Source: Psammoneis japonica
Taxonomy: Eukaryota
Assembly: GCA_008632985.1 (NCBI GenBank)
Contig: QPGO01000012.1
Location: 496,001 to 560,000 of the forward strand
Reading direction: 5' to 3'
DNA: 64,000 nucleotides
The first letter of the stretch is position 1. Every line of letters starts with the position of its first letter. The notes beneath the pieces were generated by a model that had not been told where the DNA came from, made no database searches, and saw only the letters and a list, made by a program, of their open reading frames with translations. A program made the translations under genes and the position numbers. Below, piece by piece: positions 1 to 13,400 of the stretch.

Positions 1-3000
1 GGGTCTTCTGACGCCCAGACCGTCTGCCACGCCTTGTCCGAGCATGCGCTTGCCTCCACCCGCGCTTCCATCGAGTCCTCCACCTTGCTCACGTGCCTCA
101 CCACCGCACGTCTTGGTGATGGCACTTGGAAAGTTCCGATCCACGGGTTCATCCTTCATTGGCAAGATCAGTTGCGCAAGTGCAAGGCACTCATCCCGGC
201 CAGCGACCACTTCTCTGAAGGACAGAAGTGCGTCATGCTCGAGAATGCCGCACATCCTGTCGAGGAACTCCGCGCCGTCAAGAACCAAGCTGATCAGCAT
301 CACACGCAGAGTGGCAAGAGCCTCACATGCGATCAACATTGTGGCTTGCTCCTCTCCGCGGCGGCTCAATGCGACAGTGCGTTTCAACCCAAGACGACAC
401 CTTGAGCTCCCCGACGCACCATGTGCGCACATGACGTCTTCTCCGAGGAACCATCCGATGATGTGTTCTGTGACATCGACAGCGACATTGACGTCCTTCA
501 GGCCAACGCTGCCTGCACCCGTGGTCCCAGCCTCACCGGTGACCAATGGAAACGTCTCCCTCCCGACCACCAACAGATTTGGGATTCGTTGCCCCATTCC
601 TCCAAGGCGATCATCCTTGAGCATTCTCGTCCGCCTCCCCGCAACCCGCAAGCCAGCAACCACCATGAGTCCATTGCGGCCAACCTTCACGACCAACGAC
701 TTGGGAGTGACGGTGATGTCAACTTGTCCAACACGACTCCTGCTGACTCTGGTGACCCTGCTCCAAATGTGGGTGCCACTTCAGACAATCCCATTCTGGC
801 GCACCTCACCAAGTGCAAGCCACTGCCACCCGGTGATCTGCAACACCTGTTGTCTCCCAACCAAGCCCCCAACGCCAGTCGACCGGGCCCATCCGCCAAC
901 TCCCTCTACCTCGCCTGCTCCTGCAGATGACATGGAACTCAACGGCCGCACTTGCCGCCGCGTCAATGACCACAATGTCATTTGCTCTGCCTCCGCTCAT
1001 CGCTCCACATGCACTGGTGCTCTGGTCCATCGTGGAGCCAACGGCGGCATTGCTGGTGACGACGTTCGCGTCATTGCACGCACCTCTCGCCAAGTCGACG
1101 TTCAGGGCATTGACGACCATCAATTGGTGGACATCCCCATTGTCACTGCTGGTGCCGTCATTGAGACACAGTGTGGTCCCGTCATCGCCATCCTCCATCA
1201 GTGCACATGCACGGGAAAGGGCAAGACCATTCATTCCTGCGGCCAGCTCGAATGGTGCAAACATGATGTCAACGATCGCTCTGTCACGGTGCCCAACGGC
1301 TTGCAATGTGTCGCCACCCCTGATGGCCATGTCATCCCAATTGACATCAAGGGCGGCCTGCCTCATGTTGCCATGCGTCCCTGCACTGACGCCGAATGGG
1401 ACACCCTGCCCCATGTCATCCTCACCGGTGATGACACATGGGATCCTTCCGTCCTCGATCACTCCATCACTGATGACGACCAGTGGTGCGACGCGATCTC
1501 TGACCTGCAGGACGATCCCACTGCCAACCCATTTGACGAGTGCGGCAACTGCCGTCACCGTGTCGTTGTCAACAAGGCCATCATGTCCGCCTCCTTGTCT
1601 GCTGATCACGCGTCCATCCTCGATGACCACCTCATTCCGAATGACGACGTGTTCTGCGAGTGTCATCTACACGCGATTGACCCCAAGGACGACAACGTTC
1701 CGCCCCCGGAGCGCACTGTGCAGCCCAAGGACCCCCCCTGCGAGTCTCTTCGGCCTCACTTTGGTTTCCAACCTGCCGATGCGGTTCGTCGTACTTTCGA
1801 CTGCACCATGCAGTGCGCCCGCATGCCCGCCGGTGCACACCTTAAGAAGGCCCACAAATCGCCCAACCCCACCCTTAATGTGCACCGCCGCAACGAGCCC
1901 ATCACCACTGACACCGTTTGTGCCGACACCCCGGCCGTCGACTCTGGTTGCACCAGCGCCCAACTGTTTGTTGCCACCGAGTCTACCGTCACTGACGTCT
2001 GCGGCACCAAAACGGACAAAGAGTTTGTCAACACACTCGAGGATCAGATCCGTGAGCGTGGTGCTCCATCCAAACTCATCAGCGACCGTGCTCAAGTTGA
2101 GATCAGCAACAAGGTGCTCGGGATCCTGCGAGCCCTCTTTGTCTCCAGCTGGCAAAGTGAGCCTCACCAGCAACACCAAAACTTTGCCGAACGTCGACAC
2201 CAGACCGTGAAGCGCATGGCAAACACTGTCATGGATCGTTTCGGTTCGCCTGCCCACACATCGCTGCTGGTGCTCATGCACGTGTGCTTCATGCTCAACC
2301 ACACAGCATCCCCACGTCTCCACTGGCGCATGCCCCTCGAGACTCTCACTGGCTCCACCCCGGATGTCAGCCCATTGCTTTGCTTTCACTGGTGGGAACC
2401 CGTGCACTTCCACCTCGATGACTCCGATTGGCCGTCCGAATCCCGTGAGTTGCGTGGACGCTTTGTTGGCATTGCTGAGCACGTCGGCCACCAGATGACC
2501 TTCAAGATTCTCTCTGACGAGACTCAGAAGATCCTCTGCCGGTCCAACGTACGATCCGCTGCCACCGATCCTGCCGTTCGAAACCTGCGTCTTGATCCTC
2601 CTGATGGGGAGCCACCTGAACCCATCATCAAATCTTGCCATGACGACAACCCCGTCGATTCACCCGATGGGGAGATCAGGACACCCAAGATGCCAGTTTT
2701 CGATCCGCAAGACATCATCGGACGCACCTTCCTCATGCAGCCACAAGAGGACGGACAACGCCACAGAGCTCGCATCGTCAAGGCCTTCGAAGACCACGAA
2801 TGGAAAGTGAACGGCAACCCCGAGCTCACTAAGTTCGTCTGCTCTGTCAACAACGACGAATGCAAGGAAGTCCTGGCCCACAACGACATCATGAATCACA
2901 TTGAGCAAGAAGACAAAGACACTGCTGTTTGGAAATTTCGACGCATTGTGTCACACGAAGGACCTCTGAAGCCTCATGACCCAACCTGGAAAGGCTCAAG

Positions 3001-5240
3001 CTGCAACATTGTGCTTGAATGGGAAAGTGGGGAGATCACGTCCGAGCCTCTTGCCATCATCGCCAAGGACAACCCTGTCACCTGCACCATCCATGCACGA
3101 GAGAACGGACTTCTCGACACTGACAGCTGGAAGCGGTTCCGCACCATCGCGAGGCGCCAGAAGAAGCTGTTCCGCATGGCCAACCAAGCCAAGCTTCGCT
3201 CCTTCTGCACTGCACCTCGCTGCAAGTGCGGATGCGAAGTTCCCCGGAACTGCAAACACGCCATGTCACTGGACGAACGCAATGGCAACTGCAAATGGGG
3301 AGACGCAACTAATCTCGAGATGGGCCAACTCAATGAACACGAAGTCTTTCATGACTGCGGGCCCTCCGAGTCTTCCACTCCTCCTGCAGGACACAAGAAG
3401 ATCCAAGTGCACCTGGTGTGCGACGTGAAACACGACGGCTGCCACAAGGCACGACTCGCAGCCGATGGGCACCTCACGGACGCCCATCGACAGTGTCTGC
3501 TCCGGAGCAGTCTCCCTCCGTGGCCTTCGGCTGATGATTTTCCTGGCCGAACTCAACGAGTTGGAGACATGGGCCACTGACATTGGCAATGCCCACCTTG
3601 AAGCCACCACCAAGGAGAAGCTGTACATTGTGGCTGGACCCGAATTTGGCAAACTCGAAGGCCACATTCTTGTCATCCACAAGGCCCTGTGTGGACTGCG
3701 CAGCTCCGGCCTCCGCTGGCACGAGCGCTTCGCCGACTGCCTGCGAGCTGAAGGCTTCTTCCCCTGCCGCGCCGAACCCGACATTTGGATGCGCAGGAAC
3801 GGCGACCACTGTGAATGCATTGCCGTTTATGTGGATGACCTCGCCATTGCCATGAAGGACCCTCAATCTTTCGTCGACACTCTCACGGAAAAGCACAAGT
3901 TCAAGCTCAAGGGTGCGGGACCCATTGAGTTCCATCTGGGTTGCGACTTTTCCCGGGACCCCGACGGAACCTTGTGCCTGTCTCCGCGCAAGTACATTGA
4001 ACGCATGGTCGACAGCTGCACACGACCTTTTGGGGAGAAACCTGCCACCAACGCCCTGTCACCTCTGGAGAAGGGTGACCACCCCGAACTGGACACTTCC
4101 GAACTGCTGGGGCCCGATGGCATTCAACAGTTCCAGTCTCTTGTTGGTTCACTCCAATGGGCAGTGTCCCTTGGTCGAATTGACATTGCCACGGCCGTCA
4201 TGTCACTCTCTAGCTTCCAAGCTGCGCCCCGTCAAGGCCACTTGGATCGTGCCAAGCGCGTCTGTGGGTGCCTCTCCAAGATGCGACACGGTGCTCTCCG
4301 CGTTTGCACGGAAGAGCCCGACTGTTCAGATCTCCCTGCTCCGGCCTGTGAATGGATGCATTCCGTGTGCAGCGAAGCAGAAGAGATGATCCCGAAGGAT
4401 GCTCCACCGCCCCTTGGCAAGTTCGTCACTGCCACCCACTGTGTCAATGCAAACTTGTGCCATTGCATGCTCACCGGACGCTCTGTCATGGGAATGCTCC
4501 ACTTCCTCAACAAATTCCCGGCTGATTGGTTCTCTGAGAAGCAAGCCACCATGGAGACTGCGACCCACGGGTCTGAATTTGTTGCCGCAAGGACTTGTGT
4601 CGAGCAGATTGTCGACCTGCGCATCACCCTGCGCTGCCTCGGCGTCCCGATCCGTGACATCAGTCGCATGTTCGGTGACAACAAGTCGGTTGTAGACAGT
4701 GCCACCATCCCGCACTCCAAGTTACACAAGCAAACACACCGCACTGTCATTCCACCGTGTGTGTGAGGCAATTGCCTCTGGTTGCCTTGAGCTCCACTTC
4801 ATCGAAGGCTCCCACAACCCTGCTGACATTCTCAGCAAGCATTGGGGTTGCTCCCAAGTCTGGGACCTTCTCCGCCCCCTCATGTTCTGGAACTTCATTC
4901 CATCTGAAGTCGAATCTGTTTCTGTGACTCCTCAAGCAAACTGGGGAGTGATAGGATTTGAACAGGATTTGGGTGCGTGCGACATGTCGCGCGCTGTTTG
5001 CTTTGCCGCGCACAGTTTTGTGTGCTTTAGTTCCGCACATTCGCGCGCGATGTAGTTTGCTTTCGAGCCACAAGGCTCACAAGAATGACAACAGTGGCCC
5101 GATTGTACCAACTTGCACGTCTTTTGGCTCCTGTGACGGTCTCTGAGCGGAGACTCATCTGCCATTTAGACAGCAGTGAGGAGTTTTTGTTTGAATTCTT
5201 GCCATTTGCCTTCAATTTCTGTCATGTGATTTTGGTTTCA
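1..5240 (+). mobile_element. Ty1/copia (diatom CoDi-like) LTR retrotransposon, cut at 5' by the window edge, decayed
   Basis: gag remnant (34-405, TGA); protease-like LVHRGANGG; integrase (LISDRAQVE, SEPHQQHQNFAERR); RT (DIGNAHL, KALCGLRSSG, YVDDL) in ORF 3465-4766; RNase H (NPADILSKHWG). Frameshifts near 3480 and 4735. PPT ggggag before TG at 4949. Confidence 0.93.
4949..5240 (+). repeat. Putative 3' LTR of the copia element
   Basis: Starts TG right after the purine tract (ctggggag|TGatagg); plausible ...tttCA end at 5240. No partner LTR in the window, so the end is uncertain. Confidence 0.55.
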
Positions 5241-6302
5241 AGTGATGCACAATGCTTTCGACCAGACAATTGCATCATGGATTTTGCGTCGAACGCATCT
5301 TGACCCAACGGCCAAGCCCAAACGGGGTCATTGGAAGCCATGAGAGCTTCTCGAAATGCATGACAATCAACCCAGCTGCCCCCACGGTGGCCAACAAATC
5401 ATCGTCGGATTGCAATGGAAAAGTGTCGCAATGATCCTTGTTCCACCGGTGGCAGATGTCATTTCTGAATTCAACGACCTTCTGTCTTCCGCCCGCCAGA
5501 ATCAAACCCAGTGCAAAATTTGATGGTGTTTGCACCACGCATGGCAACAGGCTCTCACGCACGGCAATTTTGCACCGGAGCTTGCACATCCTGATGGAGT
5601 TGTAAATCCTTGAGTGGGGCCCAGCAAGGACTGAGGCGAGCGTGCGGCCACACGAAGTTGTCAGTCCCGTCTGCTTGTGACTCAGTGCATTTCTGCGGTG
5701 AAAATTGCACAGGAATCCGACGATGACAAAAACGGTCAGATGACTTCCGCCAACTGCAATGTGAAATGCACCCAGTGTGCATTCTTTGTTTGTTTGTGCT
5801 TGAGTTGACTCTTTCAGGCGTCAGATGCAGTTGCTTTGACGAGTTGGAATTTCTCCGAACGAATGACGAATCGCACGGAGCACCACAGCTTTGTACGTGA
5901 AGGCAGTGCTCAGCGTTGTTTTGGCAAGTTCAGCAAAGTGACTGCATGCAACGCCCAAAACAGTCAACTCAACTGTCAACGAACAAAGAATGTACATTGG
6001 GTGCAGCTCATGTTGCAGTTGGTGGAAGTCATCTGACCGTTTTTGTCATCGTCGGATTCCCACGCAATTTTCACCGCAGAAATGTGCTGAGTCACGAGTG
6101 GGTGGGACTGACAACTTCGTGTAGCCGCGCGCTCGCCTCAGTCCTTGCTGCATGTGCAGCACCATGCAGCACTGCATGAGCGTAGTTTCTCCACGACCCG
6201 CCCAGCACAAAGCTCAACATGGAAACAGAGAAACACGAAACACAGTGCAGTGTGCCCATTCCCCCCTTCCATCCCACAGAAATGCGGCTCGATTTTGGCA
6301 AC

Positions 6303-8876
6303 ATGTTTGTCTGGCACAAGCTTGACGACTTATCGTCGAGCAAAGTGAAAGTGAAAGATGGCGCTGATGTGGATGATCTGAAGGTCGTGACACATGAGAA
6401 ATCGCCAGAGTTGAAGGACTTTTCCGCTGCTCGCCTCAAGGTCTTCGCTGCGGGTGCCGATCCGAAACAGGGCGAACATCTCGACCCTGGCGACATCGTG
6501 TCATCTAATGCAACAAGCAGGAAACATCTGATTGTGGTCTCTCCGAAGCAAGATGGTGAGTTGAGATGTTGTTTTCATGGTTTGTGCTGGTCGAACTGGA
6601 GTTTGCTGAAAATTTGCATCATTGTGACTGCAACATCCTACTCTGAGCTCAAAGTTCACAGCCAACAATGTTTGTCGGTTTTCATGTTGCCTGCAAAATT
6701 CAGGTGCATGCGCAGCACGGAAAAAGAGACCAGGCTACGAGCAGGATCAAAGCATTGATGCACTGGCACAACGTTTGGAAGACCAGGCTTCACTGAAGCC
6801 TTCAGATTCAGAAGAGTCGGCTGCGCCTCTTCCGTTCACCAATCGGGACACAGAGATCAAGCAACTTGCCAACATCTTGCTTTCAAATTCTGCAAAACGG
6901 AAGAAGCGGCCAAAGACATCTGGTGCAATGTCGCAGAGTCGACTGGTTCTTGCAACATCAGCACAGATGCTCGGCTCCGGCAAATCAACCTTTGAGGAAA
7001 ACTTCTTGGATCGATTGAATGCTCACTGTGTCATGCAGAGAAGGCTTTGTGAGCGTCATCTGGAAGACAACGTGGGGTGGCTTCTTAGGCTCGTTTATGT
7101 TGGTGTGGATTCAAGGGCGTTGGACTTTGCCAAGCCATTCATCGTGTCTGTTCGCGATGCTCTGCTCACGGCGTTGTGGGGGGAACTATCCAAGGAACAA
7201 CAGGATGCCGCCAAGGGAATGTTTGCACAACTCGGATCGCCTCTTTCATTAAATTGTGCGTCTGTTGTACGAAAATTTGAAGAAATCACGAGATGCCACT
7301 TCTTTTTGCACCTGGACAAGGTCAGTGCTTTGGGGGCTTTCATGACGAAAGAGCAAACAGAAGTTGCACTTCTCTGCCAGATGTGGGGGGAAATCAGCGG
7401 CATTCACAACTCCACAAACTCTGAAGTTTTTTGTTCTGGTCGCTCTCCGTCCCTTTTCCTTCTTGGCAAAGGGGATGTTGGGTCAAAAGAGGGTTTGCGC
7501 TCTCCGGAGGATGTCATGTGCATTCTGTTGGACCCCTTGAAGAAGGAAAACGTGAAAGAGATCTTTGAAGTTTTCTTGGATGATGTCGATGATGAATTCA
7601 TCAGTCTGTTGCATCACGTGACAAGTGGCATTCCATGGTTCGTTTCGCACGCCGTCAACTTCTTCACAGATCGCATTGGGGTCACTGGTTTTGCCCCGAT
7701 CAACTGCAAAGAAAGGAGGACAAAGTTCTTACATGATTTGGAGCCTTTCAGCTGATGCCTCGACATGCACGCCTCAGCCGAGATGAATCCGCTTGAGGAG
7801 TTGCAGGGAGCTCGAAAGAATTTCTGTGCGGAGTTGATTCAAATTGCCGCCTTGCGCCTTCCTCTGCGAATGGACAAAACGATCGACAGAGCATGCTGGG
7901 GTCTTCCAGGCGAAGTGATGACTCTGAAAGTGTGCAGCACATTTCCGCTGCATCTGCAACGCTGGGACGGAAGCCATCATTGTTTCGTTGTCCCTCCTGC
8001 AATCTTGAACAATGTTGCCAGAGCCAGCACAGAGCCTCGGCTTCCATTTTGGAGCTCTCTGTGTAACGCATGCCCGGTTCAGGCACAGGCGCAGAATTTG
8101 GGGGACTTGCTCAAGACTGTGATCTGGCACATTCTTCGCTTGAGAGTCAGCGAGGAGCTTTTTGGCGGTCCTCGACCTCTTGGCCAGTGCCTGCCCTTCT
8201 TGGGAGGGTCAGCATCAAGAAAGACACCTTCTCATGTTCTGACTTCAAATCTTTTCCCAAAATTTCTACCGCTCCAGCATCTGGCGGCAATGATGCCCAG
8301 TTGCGTAGATTCTTTGATGACCCATCTGCCACTGGCTTCAGTGATGTTCACCCAGAGGACCTTGGAAGAGTGGTCGGCTTGCTTCAGGAGGGACATTTCT
8401 GTGTGCCTCGGCCAAAATCTTCTTCTGCCGACCTGCTTTTCAAAACTGGCAATCGTGTCATTGTCGAGGTGCAGTTCAAGAACGGAAAGCAGGGAGTGAA
8501 TTCCGCCATGATGGCCAAAGAGCTGAGGAAGTCGTGTTGCATGTCGATGCGCAAACAGGCACCTGCAGTGTTTGTGATGATCGCGCTCACAATTTCAGAG
8601 GAAAACCTGCCATTGGGCAGAGATGTCATCGACAGTGAAGGCAAGACGATTGCCAGGCGTTGCGGTGAAGGATCAACTTTTGGCAAATTTCTTGTTCCCT
8701 CCAGCTTGGAAGTGATTGTTGTGCTGGAGCCAGGCCTGGAGTCATTGCTGACTACAGAAAATGTCAAAATCCTCCGCAAGGGCGAGCTTGATTTGTGTGA
8801 CATGACTCTGGCTACGCGGTCTTCAAAGTGCTGGCTTTTTTGGAGCAAGGACGTACTGAGTCTGGGGGGCAAATGA
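6303..8876 (+). pseudogene. Crinkler (CRN)-like gene: ubiquitin-like N-terminal domain + P-loop NTPase + PD-(D/E)xK nuclease-like C-terminus, disrupted
   Basis: Header MFVWHKL...DVDDLK...LKVF...LDPGD...LIVVSP; GT donor at about 6556; Walker A QMLGSGKSTF and Walker B-like FFLHLDKV; C-terminal SADLLF...VEVQFKNG. Premature TGA at 7753-7755 and a frameshift near 8200. Confidence 0.65.
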
Positions 8877-9292
8877 AGGGACAGCATTGATTGGCCTGAC
8901 AAGGGCACAGAACAACAGCCAAGCACCCTGCCTGTTGACATTTGTTTTGCCACTGTGTCGCATTGCTTCGACCGACGCTCTTTCTTGTGTTTTTCTGAGC
9001 CAGCCTTGCTCACCGTCAAAGCACGTTGTGATGCTCCCAACGACAGATCAGCTGCACTGTGTTAGAACTTTGCATCATAAACGGAAACTTTCCCAAATGA
9101 AATGATTTCGAACAATGTTTTTCTGTCACATTTGCTTGCGGACGAAGTCAGACACAGTCGAACCTGTCTTCGTTGTTTCAGCATGTGTCCGGTCACGTGG
9201 GTGGCTCCGAGTTTGTGAAAAAAAGAAGAGGAAAAGGAGGAGGACGAGAGAACATTCGTGTGGCAGATGGCAGGGCCTCTCTCTGCTCTGCT

Positions 9293-9673
9293 CCAGTTGG
9301 TCATCCGTACAAATGCCACAATGCCATGTGTGGCATTTCTTTCTGCGGCGAAACTGGCACTGATTCTATGCAATGCCATGTAAAATGCCACATTTTGCGC
9401 ATGAAAAAAGCGTGCCGGCAATTGATTCGTGGCCCCCGACTGCGACAAACTCATTTCTTATGTTGTGCTGTACAGAAGCCTTGGAATGCCACTTCCAATC
9501 GATTTTCCCTCATGTGTTTCATGCGCCCCTGTGCCCAGCGGTGTTTGGCGCTTTGCTGTCAACAGAAAAACAATCAGGGAGCATTGGAAAAACAGTGGTG
9601 GCGTTTGGGATCAAAATGCCATGTTCATGCCACATTTGGGGCAAATGTGGCATTTGTGCGGATGACCAACTAG
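9293..9673. mobile_element. MITE / non-autonomous DNA transposon with about 28-bp TIRs
   Basis: ccagttggtcatccgtacaaatgccaca at 9293 is inverted to tgtggcatttgtgcggatgaccaactag ending at 9673 (2 mismatches). Internal aatgcca repeats. No clear TSD. Confidence 0.75.
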
Positions 9674-10449
9674 CTGGACTTAGTCTTGCAATGCATTCAA
9701 CGTGCACGCACGATGCCCAGACGATTGGCGCCGCAGCTCTCGCTCCAGTGGCGCGCTCGCTCTGCTCCACCGCGACCAGCAGAGCAAACACTCTAGCTAA
9801 AGAACAGTGACACGCCATGGGCCATCTAAGTGCAATGTCTACAGTGCTGCTTCATTGCTCACGGAAAATGCAGAAAACGCACACCCCCACAACTGACTGA
9901 CTCCACAGTCGACACGCAACAGCATGCCCGCCAAATGCTTCATCACAAATCTTCAACAGGTCCCACACTGTTCTGTCCATTTCCTCTCTACACTGAAAGT
10001 TTCAGAAACCAAATTTCCCAAAATCAACAAATGATGTCAAAAGACTTTTAAGTCACCCGGCCAAATTTCATGGCCCCAAGCATCACCAGCGGTTTGTTGT
10101 TCCTCCCTTTGCTTCTCCATTTTGCCAAGAGCAAAGCCCAGGCTGGAAGGCACACTGCCAAGTTCTCCCAAAACAATGTGGACAGTGTCACATGATGGAG
10201 ACAGTGAAGATGACACCATTGCAGAGCAGGAAGAAAGGGCCGCCACAGACCATCAGACCAGACACCTGCGCACGTCAACCAGACTCACAAAAAGAGGCTC
10301 GTGAGGCACGCGAATTTCATCAAAACGGGTCTAAATGCCAGCCAATCGCAGCACACTTGCTGGTTTGTCTTCTTTGGACAATGATGAGACTCTCTGACAA
10401 ACACCAACATCAGGAGCATCCCCGAGGCTCCGTCGCATCATTTTGTTCC

Positions 10450-13400
10450 GGCGCGCACTTTTCAGAAATTGTGACGCCCGAAAAATGGTGTGACGTGATG
10501 GTGGGTGCGAAGCTGGCTGAGGGTCTGGGACAACAGGTGGAGGAGGGGTCACCTGTTGCATGCCCAGGTCAAACAACAGTTGAGGACCAGGAGGACGCAC
10601 TGCCTGTGTGAAGTGGGCCTCGTCGTGCGTGGCATGAGGGGCAGATTTCTCACAGCCGGTGGTGGTGTCCACGCAGCGAATGTTGTTGTCAGCAGCCGAG
10701 TGTCTGATGAAAACACCATTGAACGTGTGCTGGTCTAGTTTCGCGGGGGCCTTGCCGGGGCGTAGAACACAGACTCGTGAGCCAAATGCACGAAGATGGG
10801 ACAGGTCCGGTTTCTTGCCTGTCCAAGCTTGGCAGGGAGCAGTGTCGATGGCAGAGTGCCACAACCGGTTCTTGAGATGCACCGCGTGCACCAAAGCATC
10901 GGACCAACAAGCAGCAGGAAGACCTGAGGAATGTAACAGGGATCGAACCACAACTCCAAATGTTCTGTTGAGGATTTCCACACGGCTGTTCTGCCAGGGA
11001 GCATCAGCACCAGTGGGTTCCATCACATGGCCGTGTTTCATGCAAATCTTGCAAAAATCCTTGGACTTGGCTAGTTCGCCGCCTTGGTCAGTGCACACTG
11101 TACGAAGGCCATCCTTGCGTTTGTGTTGCGCCAGGAATGCATCCACCATTTCTGTGGGCGGATTCTTGCTGGCGGTGAGGAAGACCCAGGTGCAGCGGGT
11201 GCGAGCATCCACAATCAACAAATGTGAATTGCAACCATCATGGGACTGCACTGTGCATTCCACACTGTCTTTCTCATGACATTTCTTGGTCCGCGGTTGC
11301 ATGTCAGGTCCCGAAGCACGCATGAACCCAAAGTCCACATGGAAGCACTCAGCAGGTGCTGGATCGGCATCATCGACAGGCGAGCCCATGGGAGCCCGTT
11401 TGGGGTTAGCATCGCTGCATGCCTGACAGGAGCAAAAGGGGTGTGACACAGCCTGAAGATTTGAGGGTGGACCAAATGCGTGTCGTCGAAGGTGGGTGAG
11501 CTGGTGCATGCCGGGGTGACCAAGTCGATGGTGCCACAATTCGCTGGTGGCAACATGTTGCAAGGACTGCAAAGCAGGGTCAAGCTCAACGTCGGGGGAG
11601 GGAGGAGCATCAGACGGGGCCGGTTCAGGCGATCCATCCGTGGCAGCATGTGAGTCGTCAGGAGTTGGGTCTGGAACGTCAAAGGAGCATCCGCGGTCCT
11701 GGGACATGGGTGGATGAACTGCAAGAGTGTGAAGGGCGCCCTTGAGCTTGGTGGTGTCCACAGACAAAGGGACATCGGGACGAAGACGTGGTGTAAACCA
11801 CAGCCCATTCACACGGACCATGGGAAACAATCGTTGGAGAGAATGGTTGTGATTGGCAACCGTGAGCATGCCGTGACCGGTTTCCTGGCAGTGCAAAGCA
11901 TGACATTGATTGCACCTCTCCTTGGATGAACGAACCAGATGATCCAGGGACATCACAGTTTCACCAAGTCTGGGACAATGAAACATCGGAGTGGAGCAGG
12001 CTTGGTTGCGCAGATCACGGACTGTGCACATGCCAATGCCGTGGGCCAAGACTGACTTGTCGGAGGCTGACACAGTGTTCACAGCCTTGGGGCGGGAGAA
12101 GAACTGATGGCAGTCTGAAAGGAGGTGGCGGTGGGATGTGGCACTGCAGTTGGCGCCCACATCAGCCTGACCGCAAACCTGCACTGGGGTGTCTGGAGTG
12201 AGATTGCCAATGCTCGCATGGTGGAACATGGGCAGAAGAGCCGTGTCATGTTCCAATGCCAAAGCCGCAGACAGGGTTGTCGGTGGTGGAGATGGAGGTT
12301 CCACAGGGTCCTCAGCAAGCTCTTCGACAGCCGTGGCCCATGATTCGTCTGAGATGGACAAGGAGTCATCATCAGGGATGGAGCATGACGAAGCAGAGTC
12401 CAAGTCGGTGGAGACAAGATCGGGAGGCTGGCCCAAGTGAGTCCAGTCGGGAAGTTCAGCAGGCGGAGGGATTGCAGACGCGAAAGATCGACATGTCAAA
12501 GGAGGGGTCGGTGGGTTCAGCGGAAGGCAGAGGCATGGAAGTGCCCCAATCATCTGCCCCGCTGTCATTGTGAAGCCATTCACTGTGAGTGGGAGATGGA
12601 CACAGCTGGCTCACTGAAAATCCGGGGGTGCGTTAGACTCAAACAGCATGTCGGATGCGGCCTCGTCCATCATGAAATCAAGAATCTCGTCCGACGCATC
12701 GGATGAGAAGGCTCGCACCGCAGGACGCGGTGTGTCCTTTCGGCGTTGGTTGTGCGAGCGCCACTTGGATGTGATTGAAGATGCCATGAGCAGGGCATGG
12801 CGCGCGAGCTGTGAACAATCACAGTGGCTGTGCCCGCGTGCACCACAAGCATTGCAGACAAGGTCCTTGCAATGTTGAAAGATGTGTGTCTGGCGGTCCG
12901 GAGAAGACGAGGGATGCGGGCGGTGGAAGCGGCCTCGGAATGCGTGGAGAGACCCGGCTGGATCCAAAGAGGAGGTAAGTTTTGGATCAATCTGAGTGAT
13001 CAATGAGACAAGATGGCAGGTCATGTGGCAGTGGGGAGGATTCTCCAAGTTCACGGAGGCGGTGTTTGAGGAGGGGGACCGAATCGCACAGACCGTCCGG
13101 AATTGAGTCTAGCAACTTGATGGATTTGTTCCTGTCTGAGTGCGCCGGAGGTGCAGTTGGGTCCGCCGTTGCAGCCACCACATCTGCCGCTGCAAAGAAG
13201 GTGGTAAAATTGGCCACAAGTTTGCACAGGTCACCTTTCCATGCAGGAGGTTCAGCAACTTTGCCGGCAAGGGCAGGAAGACCAATGGTGGTGAGATGAG
13301 ACAGGACAGCACAGCCATCCACAGAAGCTGCATGGATCTTCTTCCATCCATCACACAGGCAATGATCCGGAAGGACTTCATCTTGGATCAGCTTGGTGTA

